A DNA stretch of 64,000 bases from Mobula hypostoma. Taxonomy: Eukaryota. The notes beneath the pieces were generated by a model. That model searched no databases, was not told where the DNA came from, and saw nothing but the letters and a program-made list of their open reading frames with translations. Positions within the stretch are counted from its first letter, which is position 1. Every line of letters begins with the position of its first letter. Both the position numbers and the translations under genes were made by a program. This document shows positions 50,601 through 63,971 of the stretch, one piece after another. Where the stretch lies: NCBI RefSeq assembly GCF_963921235.1, contig NC_086097.1, forward strand, positions 243,786,001 to 243,850,000, given 5' to 3'.

Positions 50601-52645
50601 GCCTGCACCAGGTCTTCAAGATCCCTAGATTTCCGGTGGACATTGTGTCGGATCACAGTCCTCAGTTCTCTTCACGTTTCTGGAGAGCATTCTGTAAGCT
50701 GACTGAGGCCACAGTGAGTCTTTCCTGCAGTCCAATAACCAGACGGAGCGGGTGAACCAAGATTTCAAAGAAACCCTTGGATACCTGACCTCATAATGAC
50801 CTGATGAGTGGTGCAACCATTTGATGAGGGCAGAGGTCACCCACAGCACTTTACAGTATTCAGCGCACTAGGTGTCCCCTTTCACATGCGATTTCGGGTA
50901 TTCTCCACCACCCTTCCCTGAGCAGGAGGCCGAGGTTGGGGTTCCTGCAGCCAAAGATCTCATCCAGCGCTGCAAGGAGAAATAGACTAGGGCAAGGAAG
51001 ATTTTGTTGTCCTTTACCTAGAAGGCCGAAATCAAGGCTAACCGAAGTCAACTGGTCTGGCTGTCTAATCAGGATTTGCCTCTCTACGTAGAGTCTAGAA
51101 ATCTGGCTCCCAAGTTCATTGGACCCTTCAAGGTTCTCAGGAAAGTAAACCTGGTGTTTACACTTTGCAGCTCCCCAAGACCCTGAAGGTCAACTCCACT
51201 CTGCACATCTCCAAATTAAAAGCTGTCAACTCCAGTCCTTTGGCCCCACCGCCATCAGTCCTGTGGCCAGCCAGGCTTGTCAAGGTGGAACAGGTCTTCA
51301 CCGTTAGAAGAATTTTGAATTCTCAAACTGTTCGGGGTGCTCAGCTGTTCCTCGTGTACTGGGAAGGATTCAGACCCGAGGAATGGTGCTGGGTTCCTGA
51401 AAAGGACATCTTCGATCCAGCTCTCATCTATGACTACCATCACTGTCTCTCCATCAGGAGTTGGCCGTAGGGGAGGAGATCACAAGCTACCTCCCCACCT
51501 CTTTCCCTTTATTCCATGGTCCACTGTCCTATCCGATTCCATCCCTTTGTCACTTCCACTTATCACCTCTCCTCTTCTTACATCATTCCCACACTTCCCA
51601 TCTTTCACCTCCATCTTTTTGTATTGGTTATCTCCCAGTTTCCTTCCAGTCCTGTTGAAGGGTTTTGACTAGAAATTATAACTGTTTAGTTCCCTCAATA
51701 GATGCTGCCTGATCTCCAGAGTTCTTCCAGCATCTGGTGCGCTACTCAGGTCATAGACCATAAATACTGCAAGAATAGGATAAGTCTAGCCTACTTTCAT
51801 AGTTGCCATGGATCCTGTTAAAGTCTTCTTTACTCTATCACGTCGAAGTTTGGTGTCATCAGCAATTTTACTAACCATGCCAACTATATTCTCATCCAAA
51901 TCCATTAGACAATAAGACATCATGGGCCAAATAGCCTGTTCCTGTATTGTACTTTCTTAATGTTCTTTGAGAAAGAATAAAAATTAAAGGTATAAAAATT
52001 AAAAGTGCAATTAAGATCAGTTCATACCCACTACATCACTAACGACCTTCATCACCCAGGGCATGCCCTCTTCCCGTTCCTACCATCAGGGAGGTAGTAC
52101 AGAAGCCTGAAGGCCAGTACAGTGTTGCATGTTGATGCAAATGACACATGTCATTGTATGTTTTGCTGTTTTGATGTTCACGTGACAAATAAAGCGAAGC
52201 TAATCTCTGTGTTTCATAAACAGTTTCTTCCCACTCAACATCAGGTATCTGAGCAGTCCAAGAACCCATGAACATAACCTCATAATTGCTCTTTTTCACT
52301 ATTTATCTGTGTAAATTAACAGTAATTTTATGTCTTGCATTGCACGGTTGCTGAAAAACAACCGATCTCATGGAACCGTGCAAAAATCTTAGGCACAGGT
52401 ACAGTGTCTAAGACCTTTGCACAGTTCTGCTTTTGTCAACATGGAGCAGAGAGCGAGTCTGAAAATCTGGTGAGAACAAGGGATGTTGGGAATGGCAAGG
52501 GTGGAGTGCCGTGGGAGGGGTGTGGGACTGGTGGCAGAGAAGGCGTGCCAGGGGCAGGTGGTGGCACAGTTACAGACACACCCAGCTCTGAGACACCAGA
52601 GAAGGTCATTTTATACCAAACAATTGGTTTATTAATCATTACAGA

Positions 52646-53324
52646 GGGATCTGGGGGTACATGTCCACAGATCCCTGAAAGTTGCCTCACAGGTGGATAG
52701 GGTAGTTAAGAAAGCTTATGGGGTGTTAGCTTTCATAAGTCCAGGGATAGAGTTTAAGAGTCACGATGTAATGATGCAGCTCTATAAAACTCTGGTTAGG
52801 CCACACTTGGAGTACTGTGTCCAGTTCTGGTCGCCTCACTATAAGAAGGATGTGGAAGCACTGGAAAGGGTACAGAGGAGATTTACCAGGATGCTGCCTG
52901 GTTTAGAGAGTATGCATTATGATCAGAGATTAGGGGAGCTAGGGCTTTACTCTTTGGAGAGAAGGAGGATGAGAGGAGACATGATAGAGGTGTACAAGAT
53001 AATAAGAGGAATAGATAGAGTGGATAGCCAGCGCCTCTTCCCCAGGGCACCACTGCTCAATACAAGAGGACATGGCTTTAAGGTAAGGGGTGGGAAGTTC
53101 AAGGGGGATATTAGAGGAAGGTTTTTTAGTCAGAGAGTGGTTGGTGCGTGGAATGCACTGTCTGAGTCAGTGGTGGAGGCAGATACACTAATGAAATTTA
53201 AGAGACTACTAGACAGGTATATGGAGGGGTTTAAGGTGGGCGGTTATATGGGAGGCAGGGTTTGAGGGTTGGCATAACATTGTGGGCTGAAGGGCCTGTA
53301 CTGTGCTGTACTATTCTATGTTCT
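52646..53324 (+). mobile_element. CR1 3' fragment with an 8-bp TSD, inserted in an unclassified repeat (~52375-53560)
   Basis: ORF 52693-53265; TSD ATTACAGA at 52638-52645 and 53325-53332. Confidence 0.92.
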
Positions 53325-53977
53325 ATTACAGAACATTTTTCTGGTGCTTCCCACTCCCTCCCTTCTCCCTTCCCCTTTTCTCAACCATAGTTCCCCTCAC
53401 TCTGTCCCTTCCCACTCCCAGTCCGCACAGAGCACCTTTATCGGAATCAGGTTTATCATCACTCACATATATCCTGAAATTTGTTATTTTGCGGAAACAG
53501 TACAGTGCAATATATACAATTGCTACAATACTGTGCAAAAGTCTCAGGCACCCTAGCTCTCTATATATTGTGCAGTACTGTACATATGTCAGTGATACTA
53601 AGCCGGATTCTTATTGTGAATGGGAGTAACATTCAATATTGGACAGACAGAACTAACCAACAAAATTTCAATATTATTGGCAATACTCATTGCCGATTAA
53701 ACTGTGGACATTTACACAGATTCATAATGGCAAAGAAAGAGTTTTCCCCAATTTATTAAGGTTTAGATCTTTAAAATTAAAGATGGATATTTTGCACTTC
53801 CATCTCTTTAAGTTTAATTATAGCCTGTGTGTATATTTTAATTATTCATTACTTAACTAACATTTTTGGAAGAAAGGTGCATGGGCAGATAATAAGTTAC
53901 TGTCAGCATAGGATAATTTTCTAGTTTAGTCACACTTATTGAGACCAAAAGTCGATGCATTCCTTTATAATAACAGT

Positions 53978-55120
53978 AATATTATTATTATTTATTTTTC
54001 TTTATTTTTTTTCTCAGCTCAAGCTGGTAAAACCTGAGCCAAGCACACTCATTTCTCAATTGTTAGGAACTTTTGGACTAATCTGATGATGTTTAGCATT
54101 GTGGCTTTCTGAAGATTTACATAAATACTGCTGTTTAATGCTATTGTGTAGTTTATTTCTGATGACACTAGTTGTAGATATTACTATTGGGACAATGTAT
54201 ACCCTGTTCATGTTCTAAAGTCTTTCAATTTCCTCTTTTAATTCGTCATACTTCTGGTGTTTTTCACTTATTGAGCCCTGTAAGTTATATGCGTTTGCAA
54301 TGGCTATAATTTTTTGTATTAGCCTCCTGGTCCTATAGGCACTCTTCTGTTTGTGGGAAGAGGTCTCCATCTCTGAGCCAGGCTTTCGAGACTTCCTTGT
54401 TGACATCGAGTCTGCTCAGATCGTGGGGATGTCTTTCATGGAGGATCATGCTCTTCCATTGGTTAACTCTTTCTTCAATAGTGACAATGTCTTCATTTTT
54501 CTGGGTTGTGCTCTCATTTACGTTTAGTGGTGTGTACTTCTTTTCGGAATTGCATATGCTTACGTGGAGTGCTGAATCCTGTTTTCATTCATGGAAGTAT
54601 ATCCTTCGAAGTTTTATCTGGCTGTTGTGCGATTTTTAATGTCTGTTATCCCTCTTCCCCCTTCTGTACTAGGTAGTGTTAATCTAAGGGCATTCGAATG
54701 TACATCATGTTTTTTGAAATTTTTAATTTCAGTTCTTATTTTTCTTTGTAAATTTTCCAGATCAATTTTGGACAAAGATATTATGCCAAAAGAGTACATT
54801 AATATAGGTATAGCGGAAGTGTTCACTGCCTTTGTTATATTTTTACTGTTGAGTTCTGTTTGGCAGATTTACTTAAGCCTTGAAGTAAGTTCTGTCGAGA
54901 GTTTTCCTTTTATTGCGCTATGATCTATTTTCTTTCCCTGTTGACATCCCAGACACTTATATGTTTCATATTCATTCATCAGTTGTATTGTATCCTGTTT
55001 TGTATTCTGTTAGCTCCATGGCACCTTTCTTAATGTTTAATGTTCTACATTTAATCCAGTCCAAAGTTCATGTCTATATCTTTTGAATATATCTTAGTAT
55101 TATTAACAGTTATTGTTTAA
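53978..55120 (-). mobile_element. R4/Dong copy B, decayed
   Basis: ORF 54614-54826 (YSFGIISLSKIDLENLQRK...RLTLPSTEGGRGI); poly(A) plus (TAA)n at ~53978-54012. Confidence 0.8.
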
Positions 55121-56016
55121 CCACAATATTCTTACAGAAGAGCAGAAAGGATATGAAGGGTAAGGGTATGAAAGGATGTAAAGAACAACTGATAATAGAT
55201 CAAGCAGGCAACAAAGGAGAAATCTTTCATGTTGTTATATTGACAACCAAAAAGCATTTGATGCTGTCCCACACTCGTGGTTAATAGAAGTTCTTAATAT
55301 ATATAAACTACACCCAATACTTGTGAATTTGCTACAACATCTGATGAAATACTAGCATACTATAAAAACCTCATCTAGAACAACCAAAATAAACCAAGGC
55401 ATTTTCCAGGGCAACTCTCTAAGTCCATTATGGTTTTGTCTAGCTTTAAACCTGCTCTCTAATTTACTTAATTGGATGAAAATAGGATATCAAATCAGAA
55501 ACAATGAAATGAATTATACCTTAACACCTCCTATACATGGACAATTTGAAGTTGTACAGTCTTTCATCAGTGAAGCTAAAGCAATTAATTCAAAGAGTAG
55601 AGCTATTTTTGAAAAATATAAACATGAACTTTGGAGTAGATTAAGTGCAGAACATTAAACATAAAGAAAGGTGCAATAGAACTAGAAGATTATAAAACAG
55701 AGCAGCGGGGTACAACATAAAACATGGATGATTGGATGAATGTGAAACGTATATCGGGGCTATCACAAGCAATCAAAAGAGATCATAGTGTTGTAAAAAG
55801 AAAACCTTTGACAGAATTTATTTCAAGGCTTAAGAAAATCTGCCGAACAGACTAAAAATATAACAAAGGCAATATACACCTTCACTAGACTAATGTATTC
55901 TTTGGGATAAAAGAACCTTGGTCTGAAACTGATCTGGAAAATTTACAAAGAAAAGTAAGAACTGAAATGACGAGCTTTAGAAAACACTCTGTACATTTGA
56001 GCACACTTAGATTAAC

Positions 56017-59000
56017 AGAGAATTGAGGAGCATTTCAACTCCTCGGACCCCCTGCACATGTGGCATGGCATACAGGTCATTACAGACTTCAAACCTCCTA
56101 GTACTGTGCCTCCTTCCAGTTCTGCTTCCCTCCCTGATGAGCTCAATTACTTCTACACTCACTTTGACCAAGAGAACAAGGAGGTCACCCTCAAAGCGGA
56201 TCTCCCACCTGGTGAACTGCCTCTCTCACTTTCCACCTCCGATGTTTACGCCACCCTGAGCAGGGTGAATGTACGGAAGGCAGCTGGTCCGGATGGAATA
56301 CCTGGCCGTGTGCTCAGAGTCTGTGCAGGGCAGTTGGACGGGGTCTTCACAGACATTTTAATCTGTCCCTGGCCCAGGCAGTTGTCCCCACAAGCTTCAA
56401 GATCACCACCATCGTGCCAGTGCTGAAGCATTCCACTGCCACGGGCCTGATTGACTTCCGTCCAATTGCACTCACCCGCATCATTGCAAAGTGCTTTGAG
56501 AGACTGGTTCTATCACATCTGAAATCCTGTCTGCCCACTACCCTGCACCTCATCAATTTGCCTATCACACCCACGGGTCAACAGAGGACGCCATCTCCAT
56601 GGCACTTCACTCTGCCTTGACCCACCTGGACAGCCCCAACTCGTATGTTCATTGACTTTAGTTTGGCATTCAATACTGTGATCCCCTCCAAGCTGATCAC
56701 CAAACTTCGCCAGCTTGGCATCAGCTCATCCCTCTGCAATTGGACCTTGGACTTTCGGACTAACAGACCCCAATCAGTTAAGTTAGACAACCTCTCCTCC
56801 TCCACTCTCACCCTGAACACCGGCGTGCCTCAAGGCTGTGTGCTGAGCCCTCTTCTGTACTCCCTTTTCACCTATGACTGTGTTCCTGTACATTGTTCTA
56901 ACTCCATAATCAAGTTCGCAGACAATACCACGGTGGTTGGTCTGATCAGAGGGGATGATGAGACAGCCTACAGGGACGAGGTCCAGCACCTGGCTGTGTG
57001 GTGTGCCGACAACAACCTGGCCCTTCATAGTCATACTTTATTGAACCTGGGGGAAATTGGTTTTGGTTACAGTTGCACCATAAATAATAAATAGTAATAG
57101 AATAGTAACAGAAAAATAGTAATAAATAGTTAAATAGTAATATGTAAATTATGCCGGAAATAAGTCCAGGACCAGCCTATCGGCTCAGGGTGACTGACCC
57201 TCCAAGGGAGGAGTTGTAAAATTTGATGGCCACAGGCAGGAATGACTTCCTATGACGCTCTGTGTTGCATCTCGGTGGAATGAGTCTCTGGCTGAATGTA
57301 CTCCTGTGCCCAACCAGTACATTATGTAGTGGATGGGAGACATTGACCAAGATGGCGTGCAACTCGGACAGCATCCTCTTTTCAGACACCACCATCAGAG
57401 AGTCCAGTTCCATCCCCACAACTTCACTGGCCTTACGAATGAGTTTGTTGATTCTGTTGGTGTCTGCTACCCTCAGCCTGCTGCCCCAGCACACAACAGC
57501 AAACATGATGGCACTGGCCACCACAGACTCGTAGAACATCCTCAGCATCGTCCGGTAGATGTTAAAGGACCTCAGTCTCCTCAGGAAATAGAGACGGCTC
57601 TGTCCCTTGTAGACAGCCTCAGTGTTCTTTGACCAGTCCAGTTTATTGTTAATTCGTATCCTCAGGTATTTGTAATCCTCCACCATGTCCATACTGACCC
57701 CCTGGATGGAAACAGGGGTCACCGGTACCTTAGCTCTCCTCAGGTCTACCACCAGCTCCTTAATCTTTTTCACATTAAGCTGCAGATAATTCTGCTCACA
57801 CCATGTGACAAAGTTTCCTACCGTAGCCCTGTACTCAGCCTCATCTCCCTTGCTGATGCATCGAACTATGGCAGAGTCATCCGAAAGCTTCTGAAGATGA
57901 CAAGACTCCGTGCAGTAGTTGAAGTCCGAGGTGTAAATGGTGAAGAGAAAGGGAGACAAGACAGTCCCCTGTGGAGCCCCAGTGCTGCTGATCACTCTGT
58001 CGGACACACAGTGTTGCAAGCACACGTACTGTGGTCTGCCAGTCAGGTAATCAAGAATCTATGACACCAGGGAAGCATCCACCTGCATCGCTGTCAGCTT
58101 CTCCCCCAGCAGAGCAGGGCGGATGGTGTTGAACGCACTGGAGAAGTCAAAAAACATGACCCTCACAGTGCTCGCTGGCTTGTCCAGGTGGGCGTAGACA
58201 CGGTTCAGCAGGTAGACGATGGCATCCTCAACTCCTAGTCGGGGCTGGTAGGTGAACTGGAGGGGATCTAAGTGTGGCCTGACCATAGGCCGGAGCAGCT
58301 CCAGAACAAGTCTCTCCAGGGTCTTCATGATGTGGGAGATTACACCCAGAAGACAAAGGAGATCATTGTGGACTTCAGGCATGCCATGAGTCACACTCAT
58401 GTCCCCATCTACATCAACGGAACTGTGGTGGAGCGTGTATCAAGCTTCAAATTCCTTGGTGTCCACATTTCCAAGGATCTCACCTGGTCCCTGAACTCCT
58501 CCATCCTGATCAAAAAGGCGCAACAGCGCCTTTATTTCCTGCAGAGCATGAAGAAAGCTCACCTCTGTCCCAAGATACTGATGGACTTTTACCACTGTAC
58601 CATTGAGAGCATACTCACCAACTGCATCTCAGTGTGGTATGGCAATTGTCCCGTATCGGACTGCAAAGCACTCCAGTGTGTGGTGAAGACTGCCCAGCGG
58701 ATTATCGGCACCCAATTGCCCACCATTGGGAATATCTACCATAAACGCTGCCTGGGCAGGGCAAAAAGCATTATCAGGGATGCATCTCACCCTATCCATG
58801 GACTTTTTACTCTCCTCCCATCCAGTAGACGCTACAGGAGCCTCTGCTCCCGCACCAGCAGGCACAGGAAGAGCTTCTTCCCTGAGGCTGTGACACTGCT
58901 GAACCTCACATCACAGCGCTAAGCAGTATTGCAACTGTATTGTACTGTCTCAGTACTTTTATATTTGTGTGCTGTAGCACTTTTTTTATTCGCAGTTATT

Positions 59001-59111
59001 TTGTAAATAACACTATTCTTTGCATTTCTGGTCAGATGCTAAATGCATTTCATTGGCTTTGTATCTGTACTCGGCACAATGACAATAAAATTGAATCTAA
59101 TCTAATCTAAA
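56017..59111 (+). mobile_element. Rex1/Babar LINE, 5'-truncated, TSD ATTAAC
   Basis: [39 protein letters not shown] 58272-58922; (AATCT)n tail; ATTAAC at 56011-56016 and 59112-59117. Confidence 0.9.
57026..58338 (-). mobile_element. Second Rex1-family LINE nested antisense
   Basis: ORFs 57177-58025 (STGAPQGTVLSPFLF, KLSDD) and 58059-58400 (FFDFSSAFNTI). Confidence 0.9.
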
Positions 59112-59964
59112 ATTAACTCTACCAAGCACAGAAGGAGGAAGAGAAATAACAGACATCAAAAATTTACACAACAGTCAGGTAAAACTTTTAAGGACATATT
59201 TTCATCAAGGACAGGATTCAGCACTCCATGAAAGCATATGCAATTCTAATAAGGAGTACACAGCACTAAATTTAAATTAAAGCATATCCCCCCAAAAAAG
59301 AAGTAATTATCACCACAGAGAAAAGAAATTTGTTATTATAGATAGAACAATCCATAACTGTCCGGATATAATATTACAGGATAAACAAACAAGAACAATG
59401 TACTCATTGGATATAACCATTCCAAACACACATAACATACAGAAATCAATGTGAAAAAACACCAGGAATGACAACACATACAAAATGCTGGAGGCTCTCA
59501 GCAGGCCAGGCAGCTTCTGCAGAAAAGAGTATACAATTGACTTTTCAGACCGAGACCCTTCATCCATAGATGCTGCCTGACCTGCTGAGTTCTTCCAGCA
59601 TTTTGTGTGTGTTGCTTTGGATTTCCAGCATCTACGGATTTTCTCGTGTTTGTAACATCAGAAATATGCTGAAATAATAGAGGAAATTGAAAGACAATTG
59701 AACATGAACCAGGGTATGCACTGTCCCAAAAGTAAAATCTACAATAGGTAAGATCCCAAAGTCACAACACAATAGCATTAAACAATTAGGCCTACACAGC
59801 AATATTTATACAAATCTCCAGAAAGCCGCAATACCAAACTCCACTAGAATAGTCCTAAAGTTCCTAGCAATTGAGAAATGAGTGTGCTTGGCTATCAAGT
59901 ACCTCGGATTATAGCGGCCTGAGCGGAGAAAAAAAAGTAATAATAATTTGACTAATTTTGCAAA

Positions 59965-60586
59965 GCATACAGAGAGGAGGTGCAGCGGCTAACGGACTGG
60001 TGCAGAGCCAACAACCTGTCTCTGAATGTGAACAAAACAAAAGAGATGGTTGTTGACTTCAGGAGAGCACAGAGCGACCACTCTCCACCCAACATTGATG
60101 GCTCCTCCGTTGAGATTGTTAAGAGCACCAAATTTCTTGGTATTCACCTGGCGGAGAATCTCACCTGGTCCCTCAACACCAGCTCCAAAGCCAAGAAAGC
60201 CCAGCAGCATCTCTACTTTCTGCGAAGGCTGAGAAAAGTCCATCTCCCACCCCCCATCCTCATCATATTCTACAGAGGATGTATTGAGAGCATACTGAGC
60301 AGCTGCATCACTGCCTGGTTCAGGAATTGCACCAATTATTTATTGTACTGCCCTGCACTGTTTTGTGCACTTTCTGTAGTCCTGTGTAGGTCTGTAGTCT
60401 AGTGTAGTTTTTGTGATGTTTTATGTAGTCTAGTGTAGCCTTGTATTGTCTCACTTAGTCTAGTGCAGTTTTGTGTCGTTTCATGTAGCACCATGGTCCT
60501 GGAGGAATGTTGTTTCATTTTTACTGTGTACTGTACCAGCACTTTATGGTTGAAATGACAATAAAAAGCGACTTGACTTGACTTGA
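59965..60586 (+). mobile_element. Rex1/Babar 3' fragment with (ACTTG)n tail
   Basis: ORF 59980-60402: WCRANNLSLNVNKTKEMVVDFR. Confidence 0.85.
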
Positions 60587-60589
60587 CGT

Positions 60590-61866
60590 GTTCCCCATGT
60601 GAGGCTCCTTCAGAAAGTAATGAGTCACAGGATCCAAGGAGACCTTGCTTTGTTGATCCAGAATTGCCTTGCCCACAGAAGGCGGTTGTGGATGTTTCGT
60701 ATTCTGCATGGAGGATGATGACCAGTGATGTTCTGCGGGGATCTGTTCTGGGATCCCTGCTCTTTGTGATTTTTATAAATGACCTGGAAGAGGAGGTAGA
60801 AGGGTTTAGTAAGTATGCTGATTTCACAAAGGTTGGGAGTGTTGTGGATAGTCTAGAGGGCTGTCAGAGGTTACGGCGTGACATCGATAGGATGCAAATC
60901 TGGGCTGTGAAGTAGTAGATGGAGTTCAAACCAGATAAGTGTGAAGTGACTGATTTTGATAGGTCAAATTTGAAGACAGAATATAATATTAATGGTAAGA
61001 CTCTCGGCAGTGTGGAAGATCAGCGAGATCTGGGGGTCCATGTCCATAGGACACTCAAAATTGCTGCGCAGTTTGACGGTGTTCTTAGGAAGGCATATGG
61101 TGTGTTGCATTCATCAACCATGGGATTGAGTTCAAGAGCCGTGAGATAATGTTTAGTCAGAGGCTTTTTCCCAGGGCTGAAATGGCTAACATGAGGGGGC
61201 ATAGTTGTAAGGTGCTTGGAATTACGTACAGCGGGGATGTCAGAGGTAAGTTTTTCACACAGAGAGTGGTGGGTGCATGGAACGAACTCCCAGTAAAAGT
61301 GGTAGAGGCATTATGAATTGAAAATACACATGGACTAAGACGTTAACTGTCCTGTGCTATCTCCAGTGGGATCATCAGTTGATCTGCCACCTGTCTTCAG
61401 GAGTTTCGGCCCGCTTATGATCAAGGCTCCCTCGAGGTGTTGGGCCAGCAGTGCTAAAGCACCACCTCCCACTGGTGAGCTTAAAAACTTGGCATCTGCC
61501 TCTGTCAGAGTTGTTGGTCACTTCCATCCAACAGATAGTCTACTCTTCAGGTGCCTATGCAACTACTGAAGGGTTTGCAAGATATGTGTACACTGTCTGA
61601 CTATCTGCCCCTCTGGACATACTTGGTCCACACCCATGCAGATCCTTTCTCTGCTGCCTCAGCTACAGCCCTGCTGGTTGACTTGATCTCTCTTCTAATG
61701 ATACAATAGGGTCTTTTAAGAAACTCTTAAATAGGTACATGGAGCTTAGAAAAATAGAGGGCTATGTGCTAGGGAAATTTTAGGCAGTTCCTAGAGTAGG
61801 TTACGTGGTCAACACAACATTGTGGGCTGAAGGGCCTGTAATGTGCTGTAGGTTTCTATGTTTCTA
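60590..61866 (+). mobile_element. CR1 fragment containing a HERO-like insert
   Basis: GSVLGSLLFVIFINDL..KYAD; ctatgtttctat tail. Confidence 0.82.
61312..61697 (-). mobile_element. 3' end of a HERO-like (restriction-like endonuclease) non-LTR element
   Basis: The minus strand reads RREIKSTSRAVAEAAEKGSAWVWTKYVQRGR* (stop at 61601-61603), resembling the AAE(K/R)xSxWxW terminus of HERO ORFs. Confidence 0.55.
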
Positions 61867-63158
61867 TTCAGCCTATTGGGTCATTGTTTTGCGGCTGGCT
61901 GTAAAGAGATGAATCTCAATGTTTTATAATGTATACATATTTTGATAATAAATGTTCTTTGCAATTTGAAAAATTGAAAGATACTGTGAAATTCATTGTC
62001 TGCATCAAAACAGATCAGGGAGTATTGTGCAGGGCAGATTTCAGCAGTCTGCATGCTTCCAGCCCCCCGTATAGCAAGGACCCAACTCACTAACCCTAAC
62101 CTGTAGACCTTTGGGATGTGGGAGGAAACCAGAGCACCCAGAGGAAACCCACATGGTCACGGCGAGAGCATGCAGACTGCGTACAGACAGCAGTACGAAT
62201 CACACTCCAATAATGGTTCCACTATAAAGCGATTACACTAACTGCTATGCCACTGTGCCGCCCCATGTTTAAAATTTGTTCCTCTGAGGTGTTTAATTTC
62301 ATTGTTTAAAAACCTTGACAGGCGTGGAAAATATAAATTCATACCACACAGACTTTTAGAAAAAGCAGTTTCCCATTGAACTCACTGCTGCTTAACTGTA
62401 ATTCATTGTGACAAACTACTAAGGAAATAAATTATTATTTAAAATAATTTTGTAACTGTTTTTGTTAAGTATTTGTGGAGCATTGATGATTGGGGGGGAG
62501 ATTTGATTGAGGTACACAAAATTGTGAAGGATATTGCAAAATTAGATAGAGTAACTGCAGGCTTTTTTCCACTGAGGTAGGCTGAGTCTGGAACCAGAGG
62601 TCATAGGTGAAGAGTGAAAGGTGAAATATTCAAGGGGAATCTAACAGGGAAATTCTTCACTGGTGTGAGAGTGGGGATGGAGGATGCAGGCTCAATTCCC
62701 ACATTTGAGAGTAGTTTTGAGATCTGAAAGATGTACAGTACTGCAACAGGCCCCTCTGGCCTACAGAGCCCACGCCACCCAATTACAACCATGTGACCAG
62801 TTAATCTATAAACTATCCGTCTTTGGAATGTGGGAGGAAACCGGAGCACCCGGAGGAAATCCACGCGGTCACGGGGAGAAGGTACAAACTCCTTACTGAC
62901 AGCAGAAAGAATAATGCTGTAAAAATGCTCTGATAACCGTGACGTTACCGTACTGTCCCATGGTGTAGTTTGGGTAAACACATTCAAAAGGTTAAACAAA
63001 TCCAAAGGAAGACATGGGAGTCCAAGAATGCAGGGCTAACTTCGTGTTTACTTCAAGTGAGGTATGCACGTATCATGTGGAAATGTGACGATGTATGCAA
63101 TCCACGTAATTATACGCTTAACCCATGATTAATTATTTAAATGAACAAGAAAGATTAT

Positions 63159-63161
<3 letters not shown>

Positions 63162-63198
<37 letters not shown>
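63162..63198. repeat. (TA)n microsatellite
   Basis: Direct reading. Confidence 0.95.
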
Positions 63199-63201
<3 letters not shown>

Positions 63202-63209
63202 CGAGAAGA

Positions 63210-63245
63210 AGTCCTGAAGAAGGTTCTCAGCCTGAAAAGTCGACT
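63210..63245 (+). ncRNA. Hammerhead motif in a short pLTR derivative
   Basis: AGTC-CTGAAGA-AGG-TTCTCAG-CCT-GAAA-A-GTC-GACT. Confidence 0.65.
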
Positions 63246-63319
63246 GCTTATTCATTTTCATAGATGCTGCCTGACCTACTGAGATCCTCCAGCTTTTTAT
63301 GTGTGTTACAATATATCTA

Positions 63320-63484
63320 CGAGACGTGATTGATAAGTTCGTGGCCTAAGGTAGAAGGAGATGAGTTATACAGCTCTCGTTACATGCACATGCAGGTCAA
63401 CTCTTTGAGTGATTATGCAGAAAGTTTGAAGTTAATAACTCATTTCCTTCTACTTTAGGCCACAAACTTATCAATCACCCCTCG
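63320..63484. mobile_element. Mariner-type MITE, 165 bp
   Basis: ~50-bp TIRs (63320-63369 and 63435-63484; CGAG(AC/GG)GTGATTGATAAGTT...) flanked by TA on both sides. Confidence 0.88.
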
Positions 63485-63694
63485 TATATCTATCTGTCTA
63501 TACATATATAAGACTTCTCAAATATTACTGAAATATTAAATACACAACAGTCCCAGTGTGGGTCAATGGGACTATGCAGAAAAACAGTTTAGCATGGACT
63601 AGATGGGCCAAAGAGTGTGTCTGAAGGGAGTTTTACACATTGTCTCGAGGGAGTGAAGATATGTGCTGTAGTGCCCTTTGAGTCTGTGACTCCA

Positions 63695-63971
63695 GTAGCA
63701 CGGTGGTCAGCACAACGCTTTATGGTACCAGTGACCCGGGTTCATTCTCGCCACTGCCTGTAAGGAGTTAGTACAATCTCCCCGTGACCATGTGAGTTTC
63801 CACGGGGTGCTCTGGTTTCCTCCCACAGTCCAAAGACGTACCGGTTGGTAGGTTAATGGTCATTGTAAATTGTCCCGTGACTGGGCTCGGATTAAATCGG
63901 GGGATTGCTGGGCAGCGTGGCTCGAAAGGCTGAAGGAGTCTATTCCACACTGTATCTCAATAAATAAATAA
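63695..63971 (+). mobile_element. HE1/V-SINE-like tRNA SINE; further minus copies at ~62070-62264, 62735-62960 and 24130-24335
   Basis: Same head, core and (TAAA)n tail as 25018-25308. Confidence 0.75.

Larger units (their letters stand above)
45923..51480 (+). mobile_element. Ty3/gypsy chromovirus (sushi-like) LTR retrotransposon, decayed; 5' LTR present, 3' LTR absent
   Basis: Gag remnants (LERFDRGSGSC, AIEFRTLAQE), RT (ORF 48590-49327: PSTSPAG, SLRPCIEYR, FTKLDL), RNase H (YDIRNRELL), integrase (DIVSDHSPQFSSRFW), chromodomain (ORF 51165-51470: VRRILNS..FLVYWEGF..WVP), polypurine tract at ~51469-51479. Confidence 0.92.
55121..59948 (+). mobile_element. R4/Dong copy C (parts 55121-56016 and 59112-59948), interrupted by Rex1 elements
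   Basis: ILTEEQKG, GCKEQLIID, KAFDAVPHSW, GIFQGNSLSPLWF; RLE motif DRTIHNCPDIILQD at ~59341; C-terminus LQKAAIPNSTRIVLKFL; A8 then GTAATAATAA. Confidence 0.82.

Noticed and set aside
46250..51470. Domesticated gag/pol gene (PEG10/RTL1-like)
   Set aside because: Many stops and frameshifts, a mutated start codon and a nested insertion indicate neutral decay.
52375..52425. Stand-alone Tc1 MITE (gtgcaaaaatcttaggcac / gtgtctaagacctttgcac)
   Set aside because: The inverted repeat is real and recurs at ~53530, but I could not define ends or TA TSDs, so it is left unclassified.
60375..60490. CRISPR-like or structured tandem array (tgtagtctag repeats)
   Set aside because: Degenerate short-period repeat in a LINE 3' UTR with no unique spacers; eukaryotic context and no cas genes.
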